Part shown: one piece after another, positions 9,160-19,512 of the stretch | How the letters are laid out: the number at the start of each line of letters is the position of its first letter | Numbering within the stretch: the stretch's first letter is position 1 | Assembly (NCBI GenBank): GCA_041664225.1 | Contig: JBAYLE010000001.1 | Span: 4,939-68,938, forward strand | Direction: 5' to 3' | Length of the DNA: 64,000 nucleotides | Source: Parcubacteria group bacterium | GTDB taxonomy: Bacteria; Patescibacteriota; Minisyncoccia; Moranbacterales; UBA2206 | Translations under genes and position numbers: made by a program | Notes under the pieces: model-generated | What the model saw: only the letters and a program-made list of their open reading frames with translations | Told to the model about the DNA's origin: nothing | Database searches by the model: none

Positions 9160-10562
9160 AAATCAAAGTAATCGCAAAAGATAAATTTCAACAAACAAAA
9201 GACGTTACAAGAATAGCTTTCGATCCCACCATTGAGTATGGGAGACTTATCTTTGATGGAAAAAATTCAATTTTAGAAATAAAGTCACCAGAAAAAGGGA
9301 AGATAAATCGTCGAATTTTCATTATTTTGGCCAGACAGATGATTTTTTTCGCCAAAATGAATAGGGTCAAAAAAATATGTTTAGATTGGGACGACATAAA
9401 ATCTTTAAAATTAGGGATGACAGTGGAAGATATTGGCGAAATATTGGCGACTAATTTTGAGATGGCCAATTACGAGTTTGTTAGTCATAGGACCGTTCCC
9501 AAAAAGGGCTGGAATTTTGTTGAGGAAGTCAATTTGGTAGCTGACAATAAGATATGCAGAGCGATCAATAAATGCGTTGAGCGGGGCCAGTTAATTGGGC
9601 AAGAGGTTAATGTTTGCCGCGAATGGGCGAATATGCCGGGCGGTGAAGTTACGCCGACAACACTGGCGGAAGAGATAAGGGGCGCGATAAAAAATACTGG
9701 GATAAAGATGAAAGTCTTGGAGGAGAAAGAAATGGAAAAATTAGGCATGGGTGCGATTTTGGGAGTTTCCAAGGGCTCTCTGGAAAAAGCGAAATTCATA
9801 ATACTTGAATACGGTATGGGTTTGAAAACTAAACCGTTGGTCCTGATTGGTAAAGGGATAACCTTTGATTCAGGCGGATTGAGTTTGAAACCAGCAGACA
9901 GCATGTTGGAAATGAATATGGATATGTCTGGCGCCGCTGCAGTCGTCAGCTCATTGGTTGCGGCCGCAAAATTAGGGATCAAGAAAAAAGTGGTAGTGCT
10001 TATCCCTGCGGTGGAAAATATGTTGTCTGGGAATAGTTATCGTCCGGGAGATATTCTTAAGTCTATGTCTGGCCAAACGATAGAAGTTTTAAATACTGAC
10101 GCTGAGGGCCGGATAATCCTGGCCGACGCTCTTACTTATGCGGAAAAGTATCATCCCGGGTTGGTAATCGATGTGGCTACTTTAACCGGCGCGGCTCTGA
10201 TTGCTTTGGGCGAAAGAGCCTCTGCAATATTCACTAAAAATGAACAACTCAGTAAAAATATGATAGATCTTGGAGAAAAGAGCGGTGATTACGTCTGGCC
10301 GTTTCCGATGTGGGACGAATACGAGGCGGAAATCAAAGGAACTACTGGAGATATAGCTAATCTTAAAAATCAAGGCAATAGCCGTTATGGTGGAGCGATA
10401 ATTGGAGCGATGTTTCTCTATCAGTTTGCTAAAAAATTTCCTAAGTGGGCGCATATTGATATGGCTCCGAGACAAACCGCGGTCTTCGACGAGTTCCTCT
10501 CTAAGGGCGCTGCAGGCGCTCCTGTCAGGCTGCTGATTAAGTTAATAGAAAGTTTCAAATAA
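9156..10562 (+). CDS. pepA: Leucyl aminopeptidase (M17)
   Basis: GKGITFDSGG, DMSGAA, NTDAEGRIILAD, DVATLTGA; start set at ATG overlapping the upstream stop. Confidence 0.93.
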   Translation: MKIKVIAKDKFQQTKDVTRIAFDPTIEYGRLIFDGKNSILEIKSPEKGKINRRIFIILARQMIFFAKMNRVKKICLDWDDIKSLKLGMTVEDIGEILATNFEMANYEFVSHRTVPKKGWNFVEEVNLVADNKICRAINKCVERGQLIGQEVNVCREWANMPGGEVTPTTLAEEIRGAIKNTGIKMKVLEEKEMEKLGMGAILGVSKGSLEKAKFIILEYGMGLKTKPLVLIGKGITFDSGGLSLKPADSMLEMNMDMSGAAAVVSSLVAAAKLGIKKKVVVLIPAVENMLSGNSYRPGDILKSMSGQTIEVLNTDAEGRIILADALTYAEKYHPGLVIDVATLTGAALIALGERASAIFTKNEQLSKNMIDLGEKSGDYVWPFPMWDEYEAEIKGTTGDIANLKNQGNSRYGGAIIGAMFLYQFAKKFPKWAHIDMAPRQTAVFDEFLSKGAAGAPVRLLIKLIESFK

Positions 10563-10564
10563 TT

Positions 10565-11833
10565 ATGAAATTCAAAAAAACTACCCTAAAAAATGGTTTG
10601 CGCATCTTGACCGTGCCAATGAAAAACACCCAGACAGTAACGGTGGTGGTTATGGTTGGCGCAGGAAGCCGATATGAGACCGAAAGGGAAGCGGGGATTT
10701 CGCATTTCATTGAGCATATGTTTTTCAAAGGAACAAAGAAAAGGCCCAGCTTGATGGCTATTTCAGAAGAACTGGATGCTGTGGGCGGTGATCATAACGC
10801 TTTTACCTCCAAAGACATGACTGCTTATTATGCTAAGGTTGATTCCCGGCATATAAATCTGGCTTTGGACATAACTTCAGACATTTATCTAAATTCATTG
10901 TTGGAAGAAAAAGAAATAAACAAAGAAAAGGGAACAATTCTGCAGGAAATAAATATGTACGAGGACTTGCCAATGCGCAGTGTCGGCGATATTTTTGAAA
11001 GAATTCTTTATAGACCGAATTCTTTGGGAAGAGATGTGCTGGGATATAAAAAAACGGTCAGCTCTTTTCACCGGCAAAACATGGAGGATTACATAAAAAA
11101 ACTATACTTAGCCAACAACACCATTGTTTGTGTAGCGGGAAATTTTGCGGATAAAAAAACAATAGCTCTGGTAAAAAAATATTTTTCCGGCATGCATAAG
11201 GGCAGAAAAGCTAGTTTTGCTAAAATAAGTGAAAATCAGAAAAAACCAAAACTGGAAATAAAATTTAAAAAGACTGATCAAACACATTTAGTTATTGGCA
11301 ACAGGGCTTATCATGAAAATCATGAAAATAGGTTCGCACTGGCGCTTATTTCTATTATTCTTGGCGGCAATGCTAGCAGTCGAATTTTTCTTGAGATCAG
11401 AGAAAAGAGAGGGTTAGCTTATCGTGTTTCAACAGGAGTCGAGGCTTATGAGGATTGCGGATATGTAGCAACGCAGGCGGGAGTGGATCATGGAAAACTC
11501 GAGGAGGCGGTTAAAGTAATTCTCGAAGAATATAAAAAAATTGCCACCAAAAAAGTTAGCATCAAGGAGCTGCAAAAAGCTAAGGACTTTATCAAGGGCA
11601 AAAGTGTTATGGGCCTGGAGGCTTCTGACGAGGTCGCTATGTTTTTTGTCGGTCAGGCTGCAAAAAACAAAAAAATTATGACGCCCAACGAAATTTTTGC
11701 TGAAATTGACAAAGTGACAGTTTCGGACATACTGAGAGTAGCTAAGGATATTTTCAAAGAAAAAACATTGAATCTGGCAGTGGTTGGACCGCATAAAAAC
11801 GGCAAAAAATTGGAAAAAATTCTAAAATTATGA
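10565..11833 (+). CDS. M16 (pitrilysin) family zinc peptidase
   Basis: GISHFIEHMFFKGT (HxxEH), NAFTS, IREKRGLAY. Confidence 0.93.
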   Translation: MKFKKTTLKNGLRILTVPMKNTQTVTVVVMVGAGSRYETEREAGISHFIEHMFFKGTKKRPSLMAISEELDAVGGDHNAFTSKDMTAYYAKVDSRHINLALDITSDIYLNSLLEEKEINKEKGTILQEINMYEDLPMRSVGDIFERILYRPNSLGRDVLGYKKTVSSFHRQNMEDYIKKLYLANNTIVCVAGNFADKKTIALVKKYFSGMHKGRKASFAKISENQKKPKLEIKFKKTDQTHLVIGNRAYHENHENRFALALISIILGGNASSRIFLEIREKRGLAYRVSTGVEAYEDCGYVATQAGVDHGKLEEAVKVILEEYKKIATKKVSIKELQKAKDFIKGKSVMGLEASDEVAMFFVGQAAKNKKIMTPNEIFAEIDKVTVSDILRVAKDIFKEKTLNLAVVGPHKNGKKLEKILKL

Positions 11834-12852
11834 GTAAGCAAGCAATTGATATTTCCACTGGCATTGTTTTCAGAACCGTTCTAATCTTGATCGGATTGTG
11901 GTTTTTGTATTTCATTCGTGATATAGTCGCGCTGCTTTTTATTTCTATAATTATGGTAGCTGCCATGGATCCGGTTATCTATCGTTTGCATCGCAGGAAG
12001 ATACCAAGATCAGTCGGAGTTTTTATTGTTTATTTTTGTCTCTTTGCATTAATGGGATTGGTTGGCTCGTTTTTGATTCCTTCGCTGGTTTCGCAAGTCA
12101 AGGAATTCACGCAAAAATTGCCGGAAATTATTTTAAGTCTCGAAAACTCATTCCAAGGCATTAACACTTTTTTTCAGGCTCAGCATATTGCTGTTAGCAC
12201 GCAGAGCTTGCTGGTGGATATGGGTAGATGGTTGGCTGGATCTTCGGGCGATGTCTTTTCAGCAACAGTGGGAATATTTTCCGGATTTGTTGCGGCGACC
12301 ATAGTCTTGGTGATGACTTTTTATATGGCAGTCAAAGAAGATGGCATAAAAAATTTCATTGTTTCCATCACGCCCGAAAAGCACAAAAATTACGCCGGCT
12401 CTTTAGTCTTGCGTATTCAGCGGAAAATCAGCCGTTGGGTTCTCGGACAACTTTCATTGATGCTTATTGTTTTCGCCATGGACTTTATCGGACTTTTGAT
12501 TTTGGGCATTCCTTATGCTCTTATCTTGGCGGTATTTGCCGGAATTATGGAAATTATTCCCTATGTTGGCCCGATTGTTTCAGTAATTCCCGCAGTAATT
12601 GTCGGCCTTACTGTTTCTCCTTTTTCGGGGTTGATGGTTTTGATACTTTTTGTTTTGGTCCAGCAATTTGAAGGACATATTATTATTCCGCAGGTTATGA
12701 AAAAAGCGGTTGGACTCCATCCAATCGCGGTGATCCTGGCTCTCCTAATCGGCTTGAAGCTTGGTGGAGTGCTCGGTGCGCTTTTGTCGATTCCAATCGC
12801 AACAGCCATCAGTGTCTTTGTTGGTGATATTTTTGAGAAGTCTGAGGCCTAG
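11830..12852 (+). CDS. AI-2E family transporter
   Basis: Polytopic membrane protein with IPYVGP, QQFEG...PQVM...VGLHP, GALLSIP motifs. Confidence 0.9.
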   Translation: MSKQAIDISTGIVFRTVLILIGLWFLYFIRDIVALLFISIIMVAAMDPVIYRLHRRKIPRSVGVFIVYFCLFALMGLVGSFLIPSLVSQVKEFTQKLPEIILSLENSFQGINTFFQAQHIAVSTQSLLVDMGRWLAGSSGDVFSATVGIFSGFVAATIVLVMTFYMAVKEDGIKNFIVSITPEKHKNYAGSLVLRIQRKISRWVLGQLSLMLIVFAMDFIGLLILGIPYALILAVFAGIMEIIPYVGPIVSVIPAVIVGLTVSPFSGLMVLILFVLVQQFEGHIIIPQVMKKAVGLHPIAVILALLIGLKLGGVLGALLSIPIATAISVFVGDIFEKSEA

Positions 12853-12868
12853 TTTTTTTCGGATGCAA

Positions 12869-12897
12869 AAAACCCTTCTTTGCAGAACGGTTTTTTT
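12869..12897. terminator. Probable bidirectional terminator between convergent genes
   Basis: AAAAAACC-CTTCT-TTGC-AGAA-CGGTTTTTTT imperfect hairpin. Confidence 0.55.
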
Positions 12898-12965
12898 ATT
12901 GTCGAACGAAGCGAGAGAAATGAGCGTCCCTGACGGACATTTCAGAGCGAGTGATGACAACTGAT

Positions 12966-13436
12966 CTATTTTATAAAAAGTATAATTATTGCAATGAGAG
13001 AAATAATAATATCATTGGCGGCGTTGCGGAGGTTCCAGGCGCGTTCTGGTGCGTTGCGTGGATATTTATGGCACCACGAATGGAATGCGTAATATTTTTC
13101 CAAAAACGCAAAGCGATATTTCCAATAGATGAAAGTTATAAAATCCGGAAGGATAGAAAAAAAGACTCCGAGGAAAATATCTTTCATGACAAATGAGTTT
13201 GGCTTTCTGATTGCAAGATAAATAAGAATGACAATGATGCCGATGAAGAAATCCAAGGCGACTTTGTGCCAAGTATTTTTGAAAGCGACCTTGCTGTCAA
13301 AGCTTTCCACATATTCACCGTGGCGGAAAGTGTCCAAAACAAAATGCATGGCCAGGGAAAAGATGATTATGAGCCAAGGACTATGAATTTTTGCGCCGAT
13401 GGCGGCTCCAACAAGTTCGTGGGTTGCTAATATCAT
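12966..13436 (-). CDS. Membrane protein, metal-dependent hydrolase-like
   Basis: TH..VG, HFVLD..H, PD, H..H motifs in a multi-TM protein. Confidence 0.7.
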   Translation of the reverse strand: MILATHELVGAAIGAKIHSPWLIIIFSLAMHFVLDTFRHGEYVESFDSKVAFKNTWHKVALDFFIGIIVILIYLAIRKPNSFVMKDIFLGVFFSILPDFITFIYWKYRFAFLEKYYAFHSWCHKYPRNAPERAWNLRNAANDIIISLIAIIILFIK

Positions 13437-13479
13437 GCCAATATTTGAAAAAATATCCTATTTAAGCTAAGATTAATTC

Positions 13480-14151
13480 ATGGATATAGGTATATTATAC
13501 ATTGTAGCAACACCGATTGGCAATTTAGGCGATATCACTTTGCGGGCGGTAGAGACTCTTAAAAAGGTTGATTTGGTGGCGTGTGAGGACACGCGGGTGA
13601 CCAAAAAGCTCCTTGATCGTTATGAGATCAAAACCCGAGTTACGAGCTTTTTCCAGCACTCCAAAACGCCTAAAATAGCCAGTATTATTGGGGCTTTAAA
13701 AAGCGGGCAGAATGTGGCGCTGGTGACGGATGCCGGCACGCCGGGCATTTCCGACCCCGGGAACAAGTTAGTGGAGGCGGTAATTTTCAAAAATATTGCC
13801 GTGATTCCAATTCCGGGTGTTTCGGCGCTCACTGCGCTGATAAGTGTGGCCGGAATCGATATGCAAAAATTTGTCTTTCTTGGTTTTCCTCCGCACAAAA
13901 AAGGCCGGGAGACTTTTTTTAAAGAAGTTACATCTCTGAAATATCCGGTTGTCTATTATGAATCTCCGCACCGCGTGCTTAAAAATTTGGAACTTTTTAA
14001 AAGCCTCGGAGGCGACAAAAATATAATCCTCGGCCGGGAACTCACTAAAATGTTTGAAGAAACTGTGCGAGGTAATGTGGACGAGATTTTAAAATATTTT
14101 CAAGAAAATCCGGGTAAGGTTAAGGGTGAATTTACAATAATTGTCTATTGA
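13480..14151 (+). CDS. rsmI: 16S rRNA (cytidine1402-2'-O)-methyltransferase
   Basis: LYIVATPIGNLGDIT, ACEDTR, DAGTPGISDPG, YESPHR, RELTKMFEE. Confidence 0.96.
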   Translation: MDIGILYIVATPIGNLGDITLRAVETLKKVDLVACEDTRVTKKLLDRYEIKTRVTSFFQHSKTPKIASIIGALKSGQNVALVTDAGTPGISDPGNKLVEAVIFKNIAVIPIPGVSALTALISVAGIDMQKFVFLGFPPHKKGRETFFKEVTSLKYPVVYYESPHRVLKNLELFKSLGGDKNIILGRELTKMFEETVRGNVDEILKYFQENPGKVKGEFTIIVY

Positions 14152-14152
14152 T

Positions 14153-14584
14153 ATGAAAAAAGAATTTGAAAAGTTTGTGATTAGCTTAGCAGCTATTATT
14201 ATCAGAAATAATAAATGTTTAATTTTAGAATATGCAAAATACTCAAAAATGTGGGGTCTGCCAGGAGGAAGAATTGATAAGGGAGAATTTGTAGCCGGAG
14301 AGTCTTTGAGGAGGGAATTAGAAGAAGAGCTTGGACTTTCTAATTTTAAAAATTTAGGCGTAGTTGATTATGATATTTCTTGGAATTCTGAAGATCATGC
14401 AAAATGCAATATAATTTTACTCATTGAAAATGATTCTGATGAAATTAAAATTAGTCCAGAGCATATTCAACTAAAATGGATTGGTGAAGATGAAATCAAC
14501 AACTATCAATTTCGGTGGGATAATATGGAAAGGGTTATAAAAAATGGTTTTAAATATCATAAATTATTAAATAATGAAAAATAA
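14153..14584 (+). CDS. Nudix hydrolase
   Basis: WGLPGGRIDKGE..ESLRRELEEELGL Nudix box. Confidence 0.88.
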   Translation: MKKEFEKFVISLAAIIIRNNKCLILEYAKYSKMWGLPGGRIDKGEFVAGESLRRELEEELGLSNFKNLGVVDYDISWNSEDHAKCNIILLIENDSDEIKISPEHIQLKWIGEDEINNYQFRWDNMERVIKNGFKYHKLLNNEK

Positions 14585-16022
14585 ATTTTATATCACAACT
14601 GCCATAGATTATGTAAATGCCAAACCGCACGTGGGTCATGCCGTGGAAAAAATTCAAGCGGACGTCATTGCTCGCTGGCAAAGGAAAAAGTTAGGCAAGG
14701 ACAATGTTTATTTTTTGACCGGATCTGATGATAACAGCCTCAAAAATGTGCAAAGCGCAAAAAAGGCCGGCAAGTCAACCGAAGATTTTATTGCGGAAAA
14801 TGCAAGCAGTTTCCAAGCGCTGAAAGGATTGCTTAATTTATCATACGACCAATTTATCAGAACCGTAGAAAAGCGTCATTTTGATGGTGCTCAAAAATTT
14901 TGGTCTTCCTTTAAAAAAGAAGATATATACAAAAAGAACTACAAGGGTCTCTATTGTGTCGGATGCGAAGAGTTTAAGATGGAAAAAGATTTAGTGGATG
15001 GAAAGTGTCCTGATCATCTTACTGCGCCGGATGTTGTGGAGGAAGAAAATTATTTTTTCAAGCTATCAAATTACCAAAAACAACTCGAAGAACTTATTGA
15101 GAAAGATGTTGTCCTGGTTGTTCCGAATTACCGAAAAATGGAAGTCCTGAGTTTTATACGGCAAGGATTGGAAGATTTTTCAATTTCACGTTCGCAAGAA
15201 CGGGCTTGCAACTGGGGCGTTCCAGTGCCGGGTGATTCCTCTCAAATAATGTATGTTTGGGTGGACGCGCTGTCAAATTATATAACCGCTCTTGATTATG
15301 ACTCTGGCGGGGAATTATATAAGCAATATTGGGCGAATGAGGGAGAACGCGCGCATGTAATCGGCAAGGGAATCTTGCGTTTTCATGCGATTTTTTGGCC
15401 AGCCATGCTTCTTTCTGCCGGCATTCCGCTGCCAAAGAAAATTTTGTGCCATGAATACCTGACCATCAATAATCAAAAGATTTCAAAGACACTTGGTAAC
15501 ATCATTAATCCGGAGGATGTTGTAGAAAAATTTGGTACCGATGGTGCTCGTTATGTTTTGCTCTCGGCTCTTCCATACAAGAATGATGGGGATATTTCTT
15601 GGGAAAAAATGACAGAAAAATACAACGCTGATCTAGCCAATGGACTTGGGAACTTAGTAAGTAGAGTAGTTAAATTGGCGGAAAAAATAAATATTGAATT
15701 TACAAAAACTGAATTGGCACAGGCTCTTTTGGACAATGAAGAACAGGCGATACAAAAATTTCTTGAAGATTTTGATATTGAAAGAGCGTTGGTAATGATT
15801 TCCGCTCGGGTTCATGCGGCTAATAAATTCATTGAAGACAATAAGCCCTGGGAATTGGCGAAAACTAATGAAACCAAGTTCAATGTAGTGATGAAAAAAC
15901 TTACCGTTGATTTGTATGCAATTTCCGATTTGCTCGAACCTTTTATGCCTGAAACTTCGGAGAAAATAAAAAAAGCGCTGGAAACCAAAAAAGTTGAGCC
16001 GTTGTTTCAAAGAATAAAATAA
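14574..16022 (+). CDS. metG: Methionyl-tRNA synthetase (short form)
   Basis: FYITTAIDYVN..PHVGH, YCVGCE, YVWVDAL, KISKTLGN. Confidence 0.96.
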   Translation: MKNKFYITTAIDYVNAKPHVGHAVEKIQADVIARWQRKKLGKDNVYFLTGSDDNSLKNVQSAKKAGKSTEDFIAENASSFQALKGLLNLSYDQFIRTVEKRHFDGAQKFWSSFKKEDIYKKNYKGLYCVGCEEFKMEKDLVDGKCPDHLTAPDVVEEENYFFKLSNYQKQLEELIEKDVVLVVPNYRKMEVLSFIRQGLEDFSISRSQERACNWGVPVPGDSSQIMYVWVDALSNYITALDYDSGGELYKQYWANEGERAHVIGKGILRFHAIFWPAMLLSAGIPLPKKILCHEYLTINNQKISKTLGNIINPEDVVEKFGTDGARYVLLSALPYKNDGDISWEKMTEKYNADLANGLGNLVSRVVKLAEKINIEFTKTELAQALLDNEEQAIQKFLEDFDIERALVMISARVHAANKFIEDNKPWELAKTNETKFNVVMKKLTVDLYAISDLLEPFMPETSEKIKKALETKKVEPLFQRIK

Positions 16023-16867
16023 TGCTATTTGATACCCACGCCCATGTAAATTTTGCCGCGTATAGGGATGACGCGGAGGAAGTGTTGAAACGAACTCTCG
16101 AAGGGGGCGTTTTTGTCGTGAATGTCGGGTCGCAATATTCAACGAGCAAACGCGCAGTAGAAATGGCGGAGAAATATCCCGAAGGAATTTATGCGGCAGT
16201 CGGTTTGCATCCAATTCATCTGGTTAAGCGAAAAATTAATCCGGATGATTCTGAATTAAATGAAAATGATTTTGAAACCACGGGTGAAGTTTTTGATTTT
16301 GAAAAATATTTGGAGCTCGCGAAAAATCCAAAAGTAGTGGCGATTGGCGAAATGGGCTTAGATTACCATCATTTCATGGAGGGCGACAATAAAGATGAAT
16401 TAAAAACCAAACAGAAGGAAACTTTTTTGCAGGGCATAAAACTGGCCAATGAAACTGAAAAACCAATTATGGTCCATTGTTGGGGAAACAGTTCCGAAGG
16501 AGATGCCTATGGCGACCTTCTGGAAATTCTCAAAAATAATCCCGTTGAAAAAAAGGGAATAATCCATAGTTTTATGGGCGGATATAAAACCGCGCGTAAA
16601 TTTACGGAACTGGGTTATAAAATCGGGCTTAATGGCATAGTAACATACGCTGAAGATTTTAATCGTTTGATTCGAGAAGTAGATTTGAAAGACATAGTAT
16701 TGGAAACGGATTGTCCATATTTGACTCCAGTGCCGCATAAAGGAGAAAGGAATGAACCGTTATATGTGAAATTGGTAGCTGAAAAAGTGGCTAAAATAAA
16801 GGAAATTTCGGTTGAAGAAGTGGGGGAAATTACTACAGGAAATGCAAGGGGAGCATTCGGCATCTGA
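16022..16867 (+). CDS. tatD: TatD family hydrolase
   Basis: DTHAH, GLHP, AIGEMGLDY, LETDCPYLTP. Confidence 0.93.
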   Translation: MLFDTHAHVNFAAYRDDAEEVLKRTLEGGVFVVNVGSQYSTSKRAVEMAEKYPEGIYAAVGLHPIHLVKRKINPDDSELNENDFETTGEVFDFEKYLELAKNPKVVAIGEMGLDYHHFMEGDNKDELKTKQKETFLQGIKLANETEKPIMVHCWGNSSEGDAYGDLLEILKNNPVEKKGIIHSFMGGYKTARKFTELGYKIGLNGIVTYAEDFNRLIREVDLKDIVLETDCPYLTPVPHKGERNEPLYVKLVAEKVAKIKEISVEEVGEITTGNARGAFGI

Positions 16868-16968
16868 TAATTTTTGATAATCTTGACTTTTTTCGGTTTT
16901 CGAGAGAGAATAAATAGCGAGGATGTGAGCCCAATATTATTGAAAAAGGCTTGCAACTCGTGTTTTTT

Positions 16969-17190
16969 ATGGTTAATAAGGACCAAAATGAAAAGCCCTG
17001 GAGCGCTCTCGGATTCGCCTGGCAACTGGGATATTCGATAGTTATTCCAATTGTTGTTTTCGCGCTGATCGGAAGACTGCTCGACAAAAAACTGGATACC
17101 TCGCCATGGCTTCTGCTTTTGGGAATTCTGATTTCGATTATTGTGACGACGGTGTTAGTGTATCAAAAGACGATAAAAATAATGAAATAG
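16969..17190 (+). CDS. AtpZ/AtpI family protein
   Basis: GRLLDKKLDTSPW motif, 2 TM, first gene of the atp operon. Confidence 0.85.
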   Translation: MVNKDQNEKPWSALGFAWQLGYSIVIPIVVFALIGRLLDKKLDTSPWLLLLGILISIIVTTVLVYQKTIKIMK

Positions 17191-17200
17191 TTTGTAATTT

Positions 17201-17953
17201 ATGGAAATTTCGCTTGCTGCTGAACCACTATTCCATATCGGGAATATGCCAATTACCAACACACTGGTAATGACTTTGCTTTTGAGTATTTTGATTATTA
17301 TTACTTCTTTAATTCTCAAGAATAAAATCAAGCTCGTGCCTAAAGGCTTTCAGAACATCGTCGAATCAGTTCTGGAAGCTCTTTTAAATTTGGTGGACAG
17401 CGTGACGCAGGACAGAAAGCAGAGCAATAAATTTTTTCCGTTGGTGGCGACTATTTTTATTTTTGTCATTCTTTCAAACTGGATCGAGCTTATCCCAGGG
17501 TTGGGGACGATCGGACTTCACGAAGTGGTGCACGGCAAGACTGTTCTGGTTCCGTTTCTCCGCAGTGTTTCAGCGGATTTGAATTTTACTTTGGCGCTGG
17601 CGCTTATTTCATTTTTTTCTATCCAATTTTTCGGGATCGCGGCCATTGGCGCGGTCAAATATGCTGGCAAGTTTTTTGTGAGCCCGCTCCACAAGCCCTA
17701 TTTCATCGGGACCTTCGTGGGCGCGCTTGAATTAATCGGCGAAACTGCTAAAATAATATCGTTCTCCTTCCGTTTATTCGGGAATATTTTCGCGGGAGAG
17801 GTGCTGCTGATCGTGATGTTGAATCTTGTCCCTTACATTGTGCCTCTGCCGTTTTTGTTTTTGGAACTGTTTGTCGGGTTCATCCAGGCGTTGGTATTTG
17901 CGATGTTGACGCTAGTGTTTCTCAAGATGGCAGTGACAGAGGCAGCGCACTAA
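17201..17953 (+). CDS. atpB: ATP synthase Fo subunit a
   Basis: SFSFRLFGNIFAGE, FIQALVFAML. Confidence 0.96.
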   Translation: MEISLAAEPLFHIGNMPITNTLVMTLLLSILIIITSLILKNKIKLVPKGFQNIVESVLEALLNLVDSVTQDRKQSNKFFPLVATIFIFVILSNWIELIPGLGTIGLHEVVHGKTVLVPFLRSVSADLNFTLALALISFFSIQFFGIAAIGAVKYAGKFFVSPLHKPYFIGTFVGALELIGETAKIISFSFRLFGNIFAGEVLLIVMLNLVPYIVPLPFLFLELFVGFIQALVFAMLTLVFLKMAVTEAAH

Positions 17954-18028
17954 GGTGATTAATTTATTTAATATATTTTTCTCCCGATGACCATGAAAAG
18001 TACGTGGGTTGGGCGAAAAGAAAAAAGT

Positions 18029-18256
18029 ATGGATGCAGAAGCAGCAAAATCAATCGGAGCGGCCATTGCTATGGGAGTCGGAGCCATTGGCCCGGGCCTA
18101 GGCATTGGCATCTTGGCTTCGAAAGCCATGGAGTCAATCGGGCGCAACCCGGAAGCAACTTCAAAAGTGCAAACCGCGATGATTCTCGCGATTGCCTTCA
18201 CCGAAGCTATCGCGATTTACGCGTTGGTCGTGGCCTTGATTATTAAGTTTGTTTAA
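18029..18256 (+). CDS. atpE: ATP synthase Fo subunit c
   Basis: GAIGPGLGIG, IGRNPE loop, carboxylate in FTEAIAIY; start at MDAEAAK. Confidence 0.96.
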   Translation: MDAEAAKSIGAAIAMGVGAIGPGLGIGILASKAMESIGRNPEATSKVQTAMILAIAFTEAIAIYALVVALIIKFV

Positions 18257-18314
18257 TACTTTCTCTAAGGCTTGACTGATAAGTTGAGCTTTAGGATAAA
18301 CTATTAAAAAACAT

Positions 18315-18800
18315 ATGGAATTACTTACAAACCTAGGAATCAACGGAAAATTATTAATCGCGCAGATCATTAACTTTTTGATCTTGCTTTTTGTGCTGCA
18401 TCGTTTTGCATACAAACCTATTCTCAAGATGCTCAATGACAGGACGAATAAAATTGAAAGGGGTCTGAAAGACGCGGAAGAATCTCACAAAAAATTGGCG
18501 GAAATCGCGGAGAAAGAGAAAGAAATTCTGGTGAAAGCTCGCAAAGAAGCGCAGGAAATTCTCAAGAAAACTGAAGATATGGCCAAAAAATCCAAAGATG
18601 AAATGGCGCAGGAAGCTAAGACGCAGGCGGAAAAAATAATTTCTGACGCCAAGGCGAGCATCGAATCGGAAAAAACCAAAATGCTCCGCGAAGTTAAAGC
18701 GGAAGTAGCGGAGTTGGTGGTTATGGCGACAGAGAAAGTTATTGGTGAGAAAGTAAATTCAGCTAAGGATAAAGAATTAATTAAAGAAGCGATCAAATGA
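18315..18800 (+). CDS. atpF: ATP synthase Fo subunit b
   Basis: QIINFLIL..YKPI...R then coiled coil. Confidence 0.95.
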   Translation: MELLTNLGINGKLLIAQIINFLILLFVLHRFAYKPILKMLNDRTNKIERGLKDAEESHKKLAEIAEKEKEILVKARKEAQEILKKTEDMAKKSKDEMAQEAKTQAEKIISDAKASIESEKTKMLREVKAEVAELVVMATEKVIGEKVNSAKDKELIKEAIK

Positions 18801-19198
18801 AAATAACAGCGATACAATACGCAAATACCCTGTATGAATTAACTGATGGAAAAACCAAGCAAGAGGTTGATGGTGTTGTCGCTGGTTTCTTGAAAGTCTT
18901 GCGGAAAAACAATCAGCTAAAAATGGCAGGAAAAATAATTGAAAAATTCAGTAATTTATATAATCAGAAAAATGGAATTGTGGAAGCGGAGGTTACGAGC
19001 CGGGAAGCGTTGAGCAAGGATGTAGGTAATAAATTACGTAATTATGTAAGTACCAAATACAAAGCAAAAGAAGTGGTGATAAAGAATAAAATTGATGAAG
19101 GCATAAAAGGCGGAATAATCATTAAGGTTGGAGATGAGATAGTTGATGCCAGTATTTCAGGAAAGTTAAGAAGTTTAAAAAGTTCTTTGGAAAAATAA
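18797..19198 (+). CDS. atpH: ATP synthase F1 subunit delta (short)
   Basis: QYA..LYE; IKGGIIIKVGDEIVDASI C-terminal motif; operon position. Confidence 0.9.
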   Translation: MKITAIQYANTLYELTDGKTKQEVDGVVAGFLKVLRKNNQLKMAGKIIEKFSNLYNQKNGIVEAEVTSREALSKDVGNKLRNYVSTKYKAKEVVIKNKIDEGIKGGIIIKVGDEIVDASISGKLRSLKSSLEK

Positions 19199-19258
19199 AA
19201 AAGCCCGTGGTGCTCGTTGAGTATTTAAACTCATTGAGTCCGCTGACGGCTTATAAGG

Positions 19259-19471
19259 TCACGGTCTAATAAATTTTCTCAGGAATACTGCTCCATAGAC
19301 TATCCCCGTGATTCCAATTATTCCCCATATTACCTTTACATATCCGGGGCTTATATATGGGTTTACTGTCAAACTAAGGCATAGTATGCCCAAAATAATC
19401 GGGCAGAAAGAATATGCTATTCCAACTTTCCTTAGCCATTGCATAAGAGCCTCTAATGTTTTTTTCTCCAT
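19259..19471 (-). CDS. Small 2-TM orphan protein, antisense within the atp operon
   Basis: AAGGGG RBS-like site upstream, consensus promoter at 19513-19541, hairpin plus T tract downstream on minus strand. Confidence 0.7.
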   Translation of the reverse strand: MEKKTLEALMQWLRKVGIAYSFCPIILGILCLSLTVNPYISPGYVKVIWGIIGITGIVYGAVFLRKFIRP

Positions 19472-19512
19472 TTGTCCCCCTTTTAGATTTTCGTTGAGAT
19501 CTAAGACTTTGT

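Noticed and set aside
19026-19053. Possible 8-bp repeat in atpH; similar weak periodicity near 37768-37790 in rlmN
   Set aside because: Too short and degenerate to distinguish from AT-rich background.
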